Shown one piece after another: positions 45,221 through 59,345 of a stretch of DNA of 64,000 nucleotides. The notes under the pieces were generated by a model. The model was not told the DNA's origin, did not search any database, and saw only the letters and a program-made list of their open reading frames with translations. Each line of letters starts with the position of its first letter. Within the stretch, counting starts at the first letter, position 1. Origin of the DNA: the human T2T-CHM13v2.0 reference genome, Homo sapiens; assembly GCF_009914755.1 (NCBI RefSeq), contig NC_060928.1; one strand, given 5' to 3'. A program made the position numbers and the translations under genes.

Positions 45221-46489
45221 CCTTAAAATAAAGCAGGTAACTCTCCAGCAATTCCTAAATTAAGTCTTCATATCTTGATTCCATTATTTCAGGTCTAGGC
45301 TAAAACATCTGAAGTGTCTGTTAGAAGTGCCAGTACTTCAACGTCATCCCAGACCCACTAAATTAGAATCTTTAGGGGACGAGTTGAGAAAACTGCATTT
45401 TAAATCAGCCCTCTGCCCCATCCTAGGTGACCTGTTATGTACTCCAGGTTTTAGGAAAACCCAACCTCCAACATAAATACAAGAATTTTAGATCGTCAAA
45501 TAAAATAGCTTTTCATTTCTCTTGAATATTATCGGGAAAATGAGAAGTTCTAGCTAAGTGGATTTCCAGAAGAATTTAATTTCATAAGTCCCAAAACTTT
45601 GAAATATTTAAAGCATTGTAATGAAAATCCTTCTAAACTGTGTTATAGAATGCTCTGTCTTCTCAAACAAAATATATTGCACAAACTGGACATTTGTATT
45701 AGTGACTCAGGATCATTATTACAAATATCCATTATTGTAAGAATAGCTGAAGAAGTTATTCAAGTCTGTAAAACTGCGATCCTATGCTAAATGGCTGCAG
45801 CCAGCTGTGTTTTATGGGGATACAGTTGCTTTTTTTGTGTTTTATTTAAATATTTTCCTGTTTTTTCCTTTGCTGTCAGGTAACTTTTATTAATGGTACC
45901 ACTATTTTTTTCTACTTTCCGCTTTTCTCCTTAATAACCTATGAGAAAGCATGAGGAACTCTTTATGAGTAAAGTTCTTGTGTGGGTGGAAGGATCCCTT
46001 GGGATGTTTTCAGGTGTTATAAACCACAGTTCAGATTGGCTGAAACAATGAGGGAATTCATTATTTCACATACCAAGAACCTCTGTTTTGTATAGTTGAA
46101 ATTAAATTATATATACAAGTCTTATCCTGTTTTTTTCACTTATTATAACAGACCATTTTCCTATCATTAAAATCCTGTATAAATATTCTCATACATAGTG
46201 TTTCACCATATTAATGAAATCAACAATTATCTTCTACGTGTCAAGTACAGGAAGGTGGTGGAGATGAGATAGAGAACAAGAACAGCCAAGGTCCCTGATG
46301 TCCTGGGGCTGCCAGGTTAGTGGGAATGTGCCATCATTTATTTTACCATTATATTGCTTCTGAGAGTTGTTTTGCAATTATAAATAACTTTCTGATAAAC
46401 ATCTTTACTTAAATTTTGGTCTATTTCTACAAGAGTCATTTCAAAAAGTGTAATTACTGGGTTATTGTAAACTTCTATGTTTTTTCAAG

Positions 46490-47350
46490 ACTTTCCTTAT
46501 TGTGGTAAAATATAAAATAAATAATATAATATTGACAATTTAAACTATTTTTAAGTGTACAATTTAGTGGCATTAGATACATTCACAATGTTTGGCAACT
46601 ATCACTATTATCCATCTCCAGAACTTTTTCATCATCCCAAACTGAACTTCTGTTAACAGTAACTTCCCATTCCCTCCTCCCCTGACCTTGGCAACCACTA
46701 CTCTACTTTCTTTCTCTAGAAATTTGACTATTCTAGGTATCTCATTGTATTAGTCTTTTCTCATGCTGCTACTAAAGACATACCTGAGACTGGGTAATTT
46801 ATAAAGAAAAAGAGGTTTAATGGACTCACAGTCCCCCATGGCTGGGGAAGCCTCACAATCATGGCAGAAGGTGAAGGAGCAGCAAAGGCACATCTTATAT
46901 GGTGGCAGGCAAGAGGAGAATGAGGACCAAGTGAAAAGGATTTCTCCTTATAAAACCATCAGATCTTATGAGACTTATTTACTACCATGAGAACAGTATG
47001 GGGGAAACTGCCCCCATGATTCAATTATCTCCCACCAAGTCTCTCCCATAACATGTGGGAATTATGGGAGGTACAATTTAAGATGAGATTTAGGTGGGGA
47101 CACAGCCAAACCATATCACTCCTATAAGTGGAATCATATAATATTTATCCTTTTGTGTTTGGCTTTTTTCAGTTAACATAATGTTCTCAAGGTTCATACA
47201 TGTTGTAGCATGTATCAGAATTGTATTCCTTTTTAAGACTGAATAATATGCCATCGTGTATATATCTAAATCTACACCACATTTCATTTATCCATTTAAC
47301 TGTTGATGGACATTTGAGTGGTTTCTACCTTTTGGCTATTGTGAATATCT
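46490..47350 (-). mobile_element. L1MB 3' end, split by THE1
   Basis: TTTTAAGTGTACAATTTAGTGGCATTA..CTAGGTATCTCAT | ATAAGTGGAATCATA..TTTGGCTATTGTGAATA. Confidence 0.85.
46746..47118 (-). mobile_element. THE1C/D solo LTR
   Basis: TGTATTAGTC..GGGGACACAGCCAAACCATATCA; TSD-like CTCAT/CTCCT. Confidence 0.92.
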
Positions 47351-48244
47351 TATATTTTTTAATGGCTGTGTAAAATGGATTGTACACATTCAGTTTTACT
47401 GATAGAATATAAGTAATTCTGTTTCAGTTCATATGCCATAATTATATTTTTAAACCTTGTTAATAGGAGAAAAAACTTATTGTCTTAATTGGCACTTCAT
47501 TAGTCAAGTAGATCATTTTTCAACTACTTGTATTTATACTTTTGTGGAATGTTTGTTTACATTTTTACCTTTTTAGGCATCAGAATCTTAAGATTTTTCT
47601 TATTGTAAGAGCTTTTTCAAATCTAAAAAATTCTCCCATTGTCAAATGGATTGCACATATTTTTACAGTTTATTTTACCATTTTCATTTTGAGCTTCTTT
47701 TTGATATGGATAATGTTTTTCATTTTAATGGAGTCAAATTTATCAGTTTGTAAATTATATAATTTATTTTAAGCTTAGAAAATTATTTCCCATCAAGATT
47801 ATATTTCTTTATCAAATTTTTGCATTCAACACTTTACCCATCTGGAGTTGGATATATGGTGTAAGATGATCTCCATTTATTTATTTATTTTCTTAAAAAC
47901 TAAGCAATATCTATGAATACTTTTTAGTGCTAGTCTTAATCTTTCTGCTACACTGGACACTGCCAACCACTCTTATTGAGAGTATGTCTACCTTCTTTTT
48001 GCTCACTCTCTCCTGGTTCTCCTTCTACACTCTTTTTACTGATTTTCAGGCTCCTTCATTCTAACTTTCTCTGCCTGCTCCTAAGATGGATTTCAACCCT
48101 TTAATCTTCTTTTTGTACATTCTCTCTACTCAGTAACCTGCCACTTGATCACAATTCCAGCTTCCACCCATACACCCATATGTGAATGACATCCCCCTTT
48201 TTTTGGCAGAAACTCCTACTTGGGTTTTGAATCTATGTGTTCAG

Positions 48245-49150
48245 TCACTGATTTGTTTAATATCCACCAAATAGTAACTGAATGCCTATGCTACCACACA
48301 CTCTTCTAGCCTCAGGGGATAAAATGCCTACCTTGATGGAACTCACATTCTCATGGGAGAGACGGACAATATTATAAGCTCAAGCAATCTATACTATTTT
48401 AGGTAGTGATAAGGGCTATGGAGAAGGCCAATGCAGGCATGGAAGTTAAGAAGCATCTGTGGGTGGATGTGAGGGTTACAATTTTAAAGTGAGTTGTCAG
48501 ACAAGGCTCCACTGAGAAGGGACATCTGTGCAAAGAGCTGAAGGAGAAAGATGAGAAAGTAACTATTGTGAGTATCTGTTCAAAGAACGTTCTAGGCAGA
48601 AGGAAAAGCAAATGCAAAGTCCCTGAGGAAAGGTTGTGCCTGGTTTGTTCTAGGACCGGTGATGAGACTAAATGGCTCCAGCAGACTGAACGGGAAGGAG
48701 AGCAATAGGAAATGAGGTCAGAAAGGTAACTGGGGCCAGATCATGCAGGGGCCTGTTGATCATTATTGCTTTTACTCCAAGCTGTTTAAGGGTTTTAAAG
48801 AGAGAACATGACCTCTTGCAGATGCATCAGAAATAGACACTGGAGGGCACAGGCAAAACAGGGAAAGCATTTAAGAGAAAATCGCAATAACCCAGGCAAG
48901 AGTTGATGTTTGCTTGTACCAGAGTGGTACCTGTAAGGTGGTAAGAAAAGATCAGATGACTTTTCTATTTCATTGATAGAGTCAACAGGATTTGGTAAAC
49001 GTGAAGAAGGACAGAGCAGTCATTGACTAAGATGGGGACTATCAGGAGAAGTAGGTTTTGGGGAAAATATCAGGAGCATGGTTTTTGAGCATGTGAATTT
49101 GAGATGCTAATTATGCATCCAAGTGGAACTATCAGTATCCACTATCAGTA
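48245..49150 (-). mobile_element. L2
   Basis: GGAACTCACATTCT..CCACTGAGAAGG..GGGCCAGATCATGCAGGG..CATGTGAATTTGAGATGC. Confidence 0.7.
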
Positions 49151-49205
49151 TGAGTCCAGCTCTCAGCTGCAGTAACGGATTTGGTAGTCATTAAGATACT
49201 GTGAT

Positions 49206-49545
49206 ATGGTGGTTAATTTTAATATGACTGGGCCACAAGGTGCCCAGATATTTGGTTAAACATTAGCATTGGAATTGGTAGACTGATTAAAGACTGCTCT
49301 CCCAAATATGGCTGGGCATCACCCAATCTGTCCAGGGTCTGAATAGAATGAAAAGGTGAGGAAAAGAAGATTCACTCCCTCTCTGCATGGCTACTTGAGC
49401 AGAGACATCAGTTTTCTTCTGTCCTCAGACTAAGCCATACGACTGGCTCTCCTGGGTCTCCAGCTTGTCAACTACAGATTATGGGTTTTAGCTTTCATAA
49501 TCATGTAGCCAATTTCTTACACTAAATCTCTGTCTCTCTGTATTA
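49206..49545 (+). mobile_element. MLT2 (ERVL) LTR
   Basis: GGTTAATTTT..GACTGGGCCACAAGGTGCCCAGATATTTGGTTAAACATT..GGCTCTCCTGGGTCTCCAGCTTG. Confidence 0.75.
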
Positions 49546-50047
49546 CATTTAAATGCTTACTGCACTTTTGCTCCTGCATGTACTAAGGACATGTGCAACT
49601 AAACATAACCCAAATTCAATAGATTCTTCTTTTTTATTCTTCACTTGTATCTGTAGAACCACCATTTTCATAGAACAGGAATGAACACTGAGACAAAAGA
49701 GTAAACTGTTACATAGGTTTAAGTTTCTACATGGTTATTAAAATTTTACAGCAAAGTTAGCTTTGAGCTCCCTGGCAGCCAAAAAATAAATGCCATTTAT
49801 CAAATTCTCAGAAGCTCTTTTGCTGTTGTTACTTCTTTCTACACTTTATAACAGTAAGCTGCTAGCTTTTCCAAAGCTCCTGTCCCACCCATTTCTTCTC
49901 CTGTTTGTACACATTAATGTAGCTTTCTTTCATCTGTCTAATCACATTGCTTATTATATAGAAATAGGCTTTTAGGCTTACATCTTTCAGATAATATGGT
50001 GTACTAGGTGCTTTCCAAGTGGTTCAGTATTAAAATACACAAACAGT

Positions 50048-50362
50048 GGCTGGGTGTGGTGTCTCACACCTGTAATACCAGCACTTTGGGAGGCTGAGGT
50101 AGGTAGATTGCTTGGGTCCCGGAGTTTGAGACCCTGTCTCCACAAAAAATAAACAAAAATTAGCTGGTCCATCATGTTGCATGCCTGTAGTCCCGGCTAC
50201 TCAGGAGGCTGAGGAGGTGGGAGGATTACTTGAGCCCAGGAGGTTGAGGCTGCAGTGAGCTGAGACTGTGCCACTGCACTCCAGCCTGGATGACAGAGCA
50301 AGACTTTGTGTCAAAATAAATGATACACACACACACAAACACACACACACACACACACACAC
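50048..50362 (+). mobile_element. AluJ with left-arm deletion, followed by (CA)n at about 50325-50362
   Basis: GGAGTTTGAGACCCTGTCTC (segment between two GAGACC copies lost). Confidence 0.88.
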
Positions 50363-51397
50363 GGGCCTCATAATGCCAAGAAAGATCTATTATCTAATTA
50401 TTCACATGAAAATGTTGAACACAATATGGCTGTTCTTCAAAGACTGCATATTTACTCTTCTGTAAGAAAGTTTCACTTTATGTATTTAAAAAGGTTCAGA
50501 TATTACTTCTGATTAGGATATCTTTCCTTCTTCTTTTTCTGGTTAGCCTTTAATTTGGTAATACCTTCTTGACCTTCAAAGTCATCTCAACTGTTATTTC
50601 CTCTAAGAAATCTTCCCTAGTGCCCCAGTTGGACTGTGGTTATGTAGCATTCTATTTTTACCCTGATTATCACATTTTTACTGTAAATACTTGTTAATCT
50701 GTCTCCATCATTAGATGGAACATATCTTGGGAGTAAGTGATCTGTCTCTTTAATCTCAGACGCCCAGCAAGTGACTGGCATTAGTAGTCACTTGATACAT
50801 ATATGATGAAAGATTAATGCCCTTTGCAAATGAAAGAGCTTTCATTTCAAATTATCACACAGATAAATGAAGATCCTCTTGTTGTTGGGTGAACCACTAA
50901 ATCCATATTATGCCAACTTTAAATCCTAAATCCATTTCTCAGGTTTTAGGGTCACCCAAACATACTTACACCTGCAACATTTGGTTGGCTCTAAGAGAAA
51001 GTAACATTTTCATTATTTTTTATAGCCAACTTACGTAGAAAGTTTTTTTAGGGATTGTACTTAGATTACTATTGGCGGTTAAATCATATTCTCTGCCACT
51101 CTACCATTTGATTGGCTGCTATATGCCAGGTACAGGATCAGATACTGTAAGTATCTCATTTAAACCTCAAGACAGTCTTGAGATTTAGGTTTATTGCTTT
51201 ACTTAGGCATTTTGTGGGTTGTATTGTGCCCCCTCCCAAATTCATATGTTGAAGTCCCAATTCCCCGTACCCCAGAGTGTGACTATATTTGGAGATAGTT
51301 TATTTACAGAGGGGTAATCAACTTAAAATGAGGTCATTAGGGTGGGTCCTAATTCAGTATGGCTAGTGTCCTTATATTAATAAAATGGGGAAATTTG

Positions 51398-51710
51398 GGC
51401 CCGGCGCGGTGACTCACACCTATAATCCCAGCACTTTGGGAGGCTGAGGCAGGTGGATCGCTTGAGCCCAGGAGCTCCAGACAGCCTGGGAAACATGGTG
51501 AAACCTCATCTCCACAAAAAATAGAAAAATTAGCCAGGCTTGGTGGCACACGCCTGTAGTCCCGGCTACTTGGGAGGCTGAGGTGGGAGGACTGCCTGAA
51601 CCAAGAGGGGTTGAGGCTGCAGTGAGCCATGATCGTGCCACTGCACTGCAGCTTGAGCGAGACCCTGTCTCAAAAAAAAAAAAAAAGAAGAAGAAGAAAG
51701 AAAAAGAAAA
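51398..51710 (+). mobile_element. AluJ
   Basis: Full dimer; TSD AAAA(T/A)GGGGAAATTT. Confidence 0.93.
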
Positions 51711-51921
51711 AGGGGAAATTTAGAGACAGACATGCAGGAAGATGATGTAGGGAGATGTTCATCTACAAGCCCAGGAGAGAGGCCTGGACAGATCCCTTGC
51801 TCACAGTCCTCAGAAGGAACCAATTCTGCTGACATCTGGATTTGGAGTTGTAGCTGCAGAACTGTGAGACAAAAAATTTCTGTTGGTTAAGCCGCCCAGT
51901 CTGTGGTACTTTTATGCAGCC

Positions 51922-52428
51922 TGTGATGGTTAATTTTAGGTGTTGGCTTGATTGAACTAAGGGACACCTAGATAGCTGGCAAGGCATTGTTTCTGGGCTT
52001 GTCTGAGAGGGTGTTTCTGGAGGAGACTGGTATGTGAGTTGGTGGACTGAGTGGGAAAGATCCACCCTCAATGTGAGCAGGCACCATCCAATTGCTTAGG
52101 GGCCTGGATGAAACAAAAAGGGAAGGAAAGGGCAAATTCTGTTTCTTTCTCTTCTAGAGCTGGGACACCCTTCTTCTGCTGCCCTTGGACATCACAACTT
52201 CAGGTTTCCCAGCCTTTAGACTCTGGGACTGGCACTAGCACCCCTCAATCCAAGTTTGCAGGCCTTTGGCCTCAGATTGAGTTACGCCATTGACTTCTCT
52301 TGTTCTGAGGCTTTCAGATGTGGACTGAGCCACACTATCAGCTTTCCTGGGTCTTCAGGTTGCAGAGGGCCTGTCATGGGATTTCGCAGCCTCCATAATG
52401 GCATGAGCCAATTCCCCTAATAAATACC

Positions 52429-52481
<53 letters not shown>

Positions 52482-52531
52482 ATCTATCCATCCATCCTAT
52501 TGGTTCTATCTCTGTGGAGAACTCTAATACA
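51922..52531 (+). mobile_element. MLT2B-like ERVL solo LTR
   Basis: TGTGATGGTTAATTTTAGGTGT..CCTATTGGTTCTATCTCTGTGGAGAACTCTAATACA; TSD-like CAGCC/CAACC. Confidence 0.88.
52429..52480. repeat. (CTAT)13 GATA-type STR
   Basis: Direct reading. Confidence 0.95.
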
Positions 52532-52789
52532 CAACCCTAGCAAACTAATACAGACATGTAATTCCTTTCTTAATAGCAAGGAGAGTGGACTGATTCCAGG
52601 GTTGAACAGTTCCAGAGACTTTTTCTATTACTGTGAAATGATCTCCTTAACACCTCAAACTTCAGGTGGAGGGTGCAAAGGATGTAAACTCAAGCTACTG
52701 AATTCCCCTTCATAAACTTACTTTTTGGCCATTAAACTAAACCTTATTTTCTATTTAAATATTTATTTTGTACTACAGTATTTCTATGA

Positions 52790-53111
<322 letters not shown>

Positions 53112-53391
53112 TAAATATAAATCTCCAGCTTGGGCTTTTCCTCTGAATTCCTGGCCTCTATCCAATTACTTACTGATGTTTCCACCTGGATGCCTATTAG
53201 GCATCTCAAAGTGAACGTATGCAAAACTGAGTTTCTACTGTCCTTCTGCCATCACTTGCTCTTCTCACAGTCTTCCACATCTTGGTTGATGGCAACTCCA
53301 TTCTTCCAGTTGCTTAAGGTAAACATTTCGTTGTTATCCTTGACTTTCTCCTCTCACACGATGTATTCGGTTGGTCTATAAATCCTGTTGA

Positions 53392-54038
<647 letters not shown>

Positions 54039-54625
54039 GGATTCTACCACTTTTAACCATCACTTCTGCCACTATTCTGGCCTAAACTACATCATCTCTT
54101 GTCTGGACTGTGCAGCAGCCTCCGCAATGGCGTCCCCGCTCCTACCATGAAGCAACCAGAGCGATCCTGTAAACACATATGTCAGATGCCATGATTCTAC
54201 TCAAAACCTTTCAGTGTTTCCAAACTCATTCAGAGGAAAAAGCTGTAAGAGCCCTGCATGTTCTGGCCCCTATCACTTTTCTTTCATTATCCACTATTTT
54301 CTCTGTCAGATACTCTAGCTAGATCGATCTCACTGGTATTTGTGAACAAACCACATACATCCTTTCCCCAAAACTTTTCTGTGGGCTGAAATCCTCTCTC
54401 CCCAGACATCTGTACAATTCTCTCATTTTGTTCAGGTCAAAAGTTATCTCCCCCCTTCCAGCTCCCCACCCACTTAGCACTTATCATTATCTAATATACA
54501 ACATATTTTACTTTTTCATCTCCCATATTTTCAGCTTCCCAATTAGAATATAAAATTCCATCAAAGCAGACATTTTCTTTTCTTATTGTCACATAGTAGC
54601 GGGCCCAATAAATTTGGCTAAATAG

Positions 54626-54954
<329 letters not shown>

Positions 54955-56969
54955 AAGAAACAACTTTTAAAATCTGATCTTCTTTCTTTCGTATTTACAA
55001 TAATGCTCTGGGAATGTGCTCATCCGTAATTCAAACATCCACATTTTCAGACTTTCTGTTTTCCTTCGTTTCCATATCAGAAGGCTTGTCCTCAAACTCT
55101 CTTTTACTTATTCTTCTTCCTCATTGCAAACACATTCTGAAACACCTTTGTGTAAATATAAACACGTCAAGACAAACGCCTGATTTTACCATCTCCTGGC
55201 AGCTACACTATGTGAAATATGAGATCATTTCTTCACTTGACATTAAATTTTGAGGCAAGAACATCTTGAAATAAACTATTTCCTTAAAATGATTTAACTA
55301 TACCAGAGACTGTGGAACCAGAATTTCATGGTGACAGATATTTTTAAACAATTAACAAAGCATAAATAAATAAAAGAAATACATATCTTTTTGGTGCTAT
55401 TGTATGGCTGTGAGCTCCTTGGATTCTGGACTAGAAATTATCTTACTAATTTTTGATCTTAGCACCTAATATAGTACCCGACCCTAAAATGCATTCAATA
55501 TTTGATGTATGAACACAAAGGGCTTCTCTTAGTTCACAATGCCTTGGCTCTCCTATGTCTTTGCCATTATCATAAATTTGAACCCAGCTTATGTGCCTCC
55601 CTGGATTTACTTGGTAATAGTTTTATGTTGAATGCTACTATTACTATCCAGGAACTTTACACCATAACAGCATCCTTACAGGTTGCAGAAGGGATGTTTC
55701 AATCTTCCTTGGAGCGTGACTTGTTGAGCTCTGTGGCTGCCTTGGTGGTAGGGGCCAAGATGTGATGTTCCCCTTGCTCCAGGTCTCTCATGCTGCTTTA
55801 GGGCACAACTTTAATAATGCCTGGTTAATGCCTTGAATCTCCAGCCTTTTTTTTTTTTTTTTTCCTCTGGGGCTTCCCTTTTGTTACAGAGGTGGTAGAC
55901 GCTCCTGGGATACTGCAGGCTGCAGGTGGACAGTGGCACCCATTCACTTGCTGGCTTAGCTCATGCATGGATAATGCCACTGCTGTTCAGGGATCTGGCT
56001 TCTCTGGCAGCTGCCTGGAGCGGCAGGTGGCATGACTGAAAAGTGCGGGGGAGTTTGCATCTCCTGCAGAAACCTTTGACTGATGGGAGCCAAAATTTCC
56101 ATTTTTCTCCCTTCTTCTCGCACTGTTCCAAAACAGAGTGGTCTCCACTATGGAGGCATCGTGAGAGACTGAGCAGCCAGCTCAGTGGTGCATCACCTGG
56201 ATATTTTTCTGCCTCCTTCTGTGCGTGGCTCATGTCTCCCTTCCCCTTACTTCTGCTTCACTGGGGTTGAAGGAATTGTTGAAGGAAATCCTACTCTCTA
56301 AGGAACTGTTATATGGGCCTTTGCATCGGGTCCTATTTTCTAGAGAACTTTTGACTGTCACTTTAGGCATATGGCCCTGTAAAGACTTCTGTGTACGTAC
56401 CTTTGTTGTATGTGCTCTTGTAGATTGTTCGTGTATTCTTTTTTTCTACTTTCCTTTTTTGCACAATTCAACTCAAAACGAGCTCTTGTTTTTCATACCT
56501 TAAGGGTTTAAATAATAATAGCTAACTATGCACCAGGCAGCTTTACAATCATTTTTACTTTACAACAACCCTCTATCTAGGTATTAGCATAAGGACCTGG
56601 TTTTACTGGAACAAAAATACCGGAGTTCCTCACCTTACGAAGGGTTTTCGTTTCAGATGGGTGTACTTGGGTGTACTTATGGCCATTTTTTTTATACATT
56701 CAAACTTAAGGAGTTGAAATTTCCAGTCCCTGGATGGATTTTCCACAAAGAAGAGGGAGGTGGGCAGCCCTTTGAAGCTTTTAAACAGGCCCACTTTTCT
56801 TCTCCTTGCTGATATATGTTTCTGTGGCATCTTTTTCTAAAGTAGGTGTTTTGTATACTTTAAGATTGAAAGTAGGTAATTCCTTTTTAGATAATCTCTT
56901 CAAGTGCTGTAGGGAACCCCTTGGCAGCTTCCTGCCTCATAATTCACAGACATTATGAATGTTTTTAAA

Positions 56970-57775
56970 ATTAATTTTTAATTGACAAATATTGTGTATA
57001 TTTATGGAGTACAATGTTTTGAGCTATATGTACATTGTAGAACAATTCAACTGAGCTAACATATCTATTATCTCACTGACTTAACCTTTTTTGTAGTGAC
57101 AATGTTAAAAATCTATCTTTTTAGCAATTTTGAAATAGACATTAACTGTGGTTATTGTGAAGTACAATAGATCACTCAAACATATTCCAGTCTAACAGTA
57201 ACCTTATACCCTTTGGTCAGCATCTTCCCTTTCCCCATCCCTCGCCCCATTCACACTTACCAGCCTCTGGTAATCACCTTTATACTGTTTCTATGAGATG
57301 AATTTTTTTTAGATTCCACATATGTGGGGTCATACAATGTTTGTTTTTCTACGCCTGGCTTATTTCACTTAGCCTAATGTCCTCCAGTTCCACCCATGTT
57401 GCAGTGAATGAAGAATTTCCTTCTTTTTTAAGGCTCTATAGTATTCCACTGTGTGTATATATACCCTATTTTCCTTATCCATTCATCTGTTGATGGACAT
57501 TTAGTTTGCTTCCATATCTTGGCTATTGTAAATAATGCTGAAATGAACATGAGAGTGCAGATATCTCATTGACATACTGATTTCCATTCCTTTGGATATA
57601 TACTCAGAAGTGGGATTGCTGGATCATATGATAATTCTATTCCTAGTTTTTTAGGAACCTCCATACTACTTTCCAAAATGGGTATACTAATTTACATTTC
57701 CACTAACAGTATACCAGGGTTTCCTTTTCTCCACATCCTCATCAACACTTATTTGTCTTTTTGATAATAGCCATC
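56970..57775 (-). mobile_element. L1MA 3' end
   Basis: GTACAATG..AGATTCCACATATG..AGAAGTGGGATTGCTGGATCATATG..CTCCACATCCTC. Confidence 0.87.
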
Positions 57776-58529
57776 ATTTTCTCACCATTTTCAATTGTTA
57801 TGATCTTTACTTTAGCTCCATCACAATTCTAGTCCTCTTTTTGTGGAAAATGTCAACATTCCTGCTGCTTCAGCATCTGTCAGTTATCATGTGATCAATA
57901 ATATTCATGTAACACCTCAAATTAAGCAGTATAGAGCAAACACATCCTATTTAATAATATAAACGACTCACCCCACACGCCCTCTGATTGCACCGGGCTT
58001 TAGCGGGCAAAGTTAACTCGCTTCTGTTGAGCGGCTTTTAAAAAACTATGTTAGTTAAATCTAGAGTTTTTAACTCCCTATCCTGGATGCAAGACACTTA
58101 AAAAGACTTCCTTCCTCTGCTCCCAGAGAAAGCAGCAATAAAATTTTCCACCTTCACTACACCACTTGAGGACTATCTCATGTTTTATTGGGTTTAGGGA
58201 GGAAGGGTCTTGCTAATGAGTTACTTCCACGGTGTCACTTCTATTCCTAGTGCTTTATTAAACAATTTGAGGACCCCATTTTTATGCTAGGGCTTCATTG
58301 ATCGAATGGAGCCATCACATTGTCTATATCACTTTAGAGGTGTTTCCAAAGTTCTCAGCACCTCGAGTCCCTTGTTAGCGTTTGTCGAGAGTCAGCGGGA
58401 AAACTCGATACCCAACAGCGTTTCCACCGAAGGCAGCTCTCTGAGGGGCTTCACCATCAAGAGCAAGCGAACCAGGCTGGACCACCCTGCTGGGTCTGTC
58501 CCGACATTCCAGGGCCACGCAGGGAAGTC

Positions 58530-58990
58530 AAAGACGGGAAGGAGAAGATCAGTGGGAGGGCGAGGCGCCGGAATTCCCCACTTCTATACCTCCACCCCTA
58601 CTACCGCCCCACGTCCACCACCCTCCCCACTGACAGCCCGCCGCGCCCGCCCACGCGGTGACGCCATCTCGCGGCTGCCGGGCGCCCCGCCCACAGAGTG
58701 GGAGCCGGAAGCCGGGCGGGCAGCGGCGCGCGGCGTCCCGGAACCCAGTAGCTTGAGAACTCGCGCACCTGGGGGAAGCCGGCAGGAGGCAGCGGGCATG
58801 CGCGGGGCTGCGGTGGCGCAGGCGCCCTGCCGCGCCCGCCAGTCGGGAACCGGTTCTCCGAGTCCGAGCTGGCGGCGCGCTGTGGGCTGTGCGGGAGCGA
58901 GGGGAGAAGAGGGAGATAGGGAGCCCGACATTTGGGAAGGGCAGGCTTGCCTCTGGGATGGGGAGGAGCCGGTGCACGGATCCTGCTGTG
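58530..58990. promoter_or_regulatory. Upstream CpG island, probable alternative STIM2 promoter
   Basis: Very CpG-dense non-repeat DNA; GC box CCCCGCCC at about 58685; ETS CCGGAAG at 58705-58711. Confidence 0.75.
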
Positions 58991-59169
58991 CCTCTGTGCA
59001 GGGCGCGCCCAGTAGTTTGGGATTTGCAAGAAAATGCAATCAAACAACATGGGCAAAGTGCGATGCGTTTATCCTAAGCCAAGAACACGCTTAGAATGCA
59101 CGCCCAGAGCCAGTTCTCCCCAAGGGATGGCAACGCACCTGTGTGCCGGGCTCCGCGCAAGGGCTTTCC

Positions 59170-59345
59170 CTGTTTATTCTCCCGCCGCCGCTAACAACCT
59201 TGTGGGGCGGGCATGGTTGGATCCCCAATTTAAAAGTGGGGAAACTGAGGACAGATTAACCTGTCTGCACGTAACACAGCTGAAAAGTGGTGGAATTGCT
59301 ATTTCTTTCAGGTTTGCCTGATTCTAGAGCTCAATGCTGCCCATC
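59170..59345 (-). mobile_element. MIR
   Basis: ATCCCCAATTT..GGGAAACTGAGG..CAGGTTTGCCTGATTCTAGAGC. Confidence 0.7.

Larger units (their letters stand above)
51213..52552 (+). mobile_element. MLT1B-like LTR split by an Alu and an MLT2
   Basis: AAATTCATATGTTGAAGTCC..GTGTGACTATATTTGGAGATAG; resumes at 51715-51921; terminal CTAGCAAACTAATACA at 52537-52552. Confidence 0.82.

Noticed and set aside
58306-59094. 262-aa ORF and overlapping reverse ORFs
   Set aside because: Several frames are open at once because stops are scarce in a CpG island; no recognisable protein.
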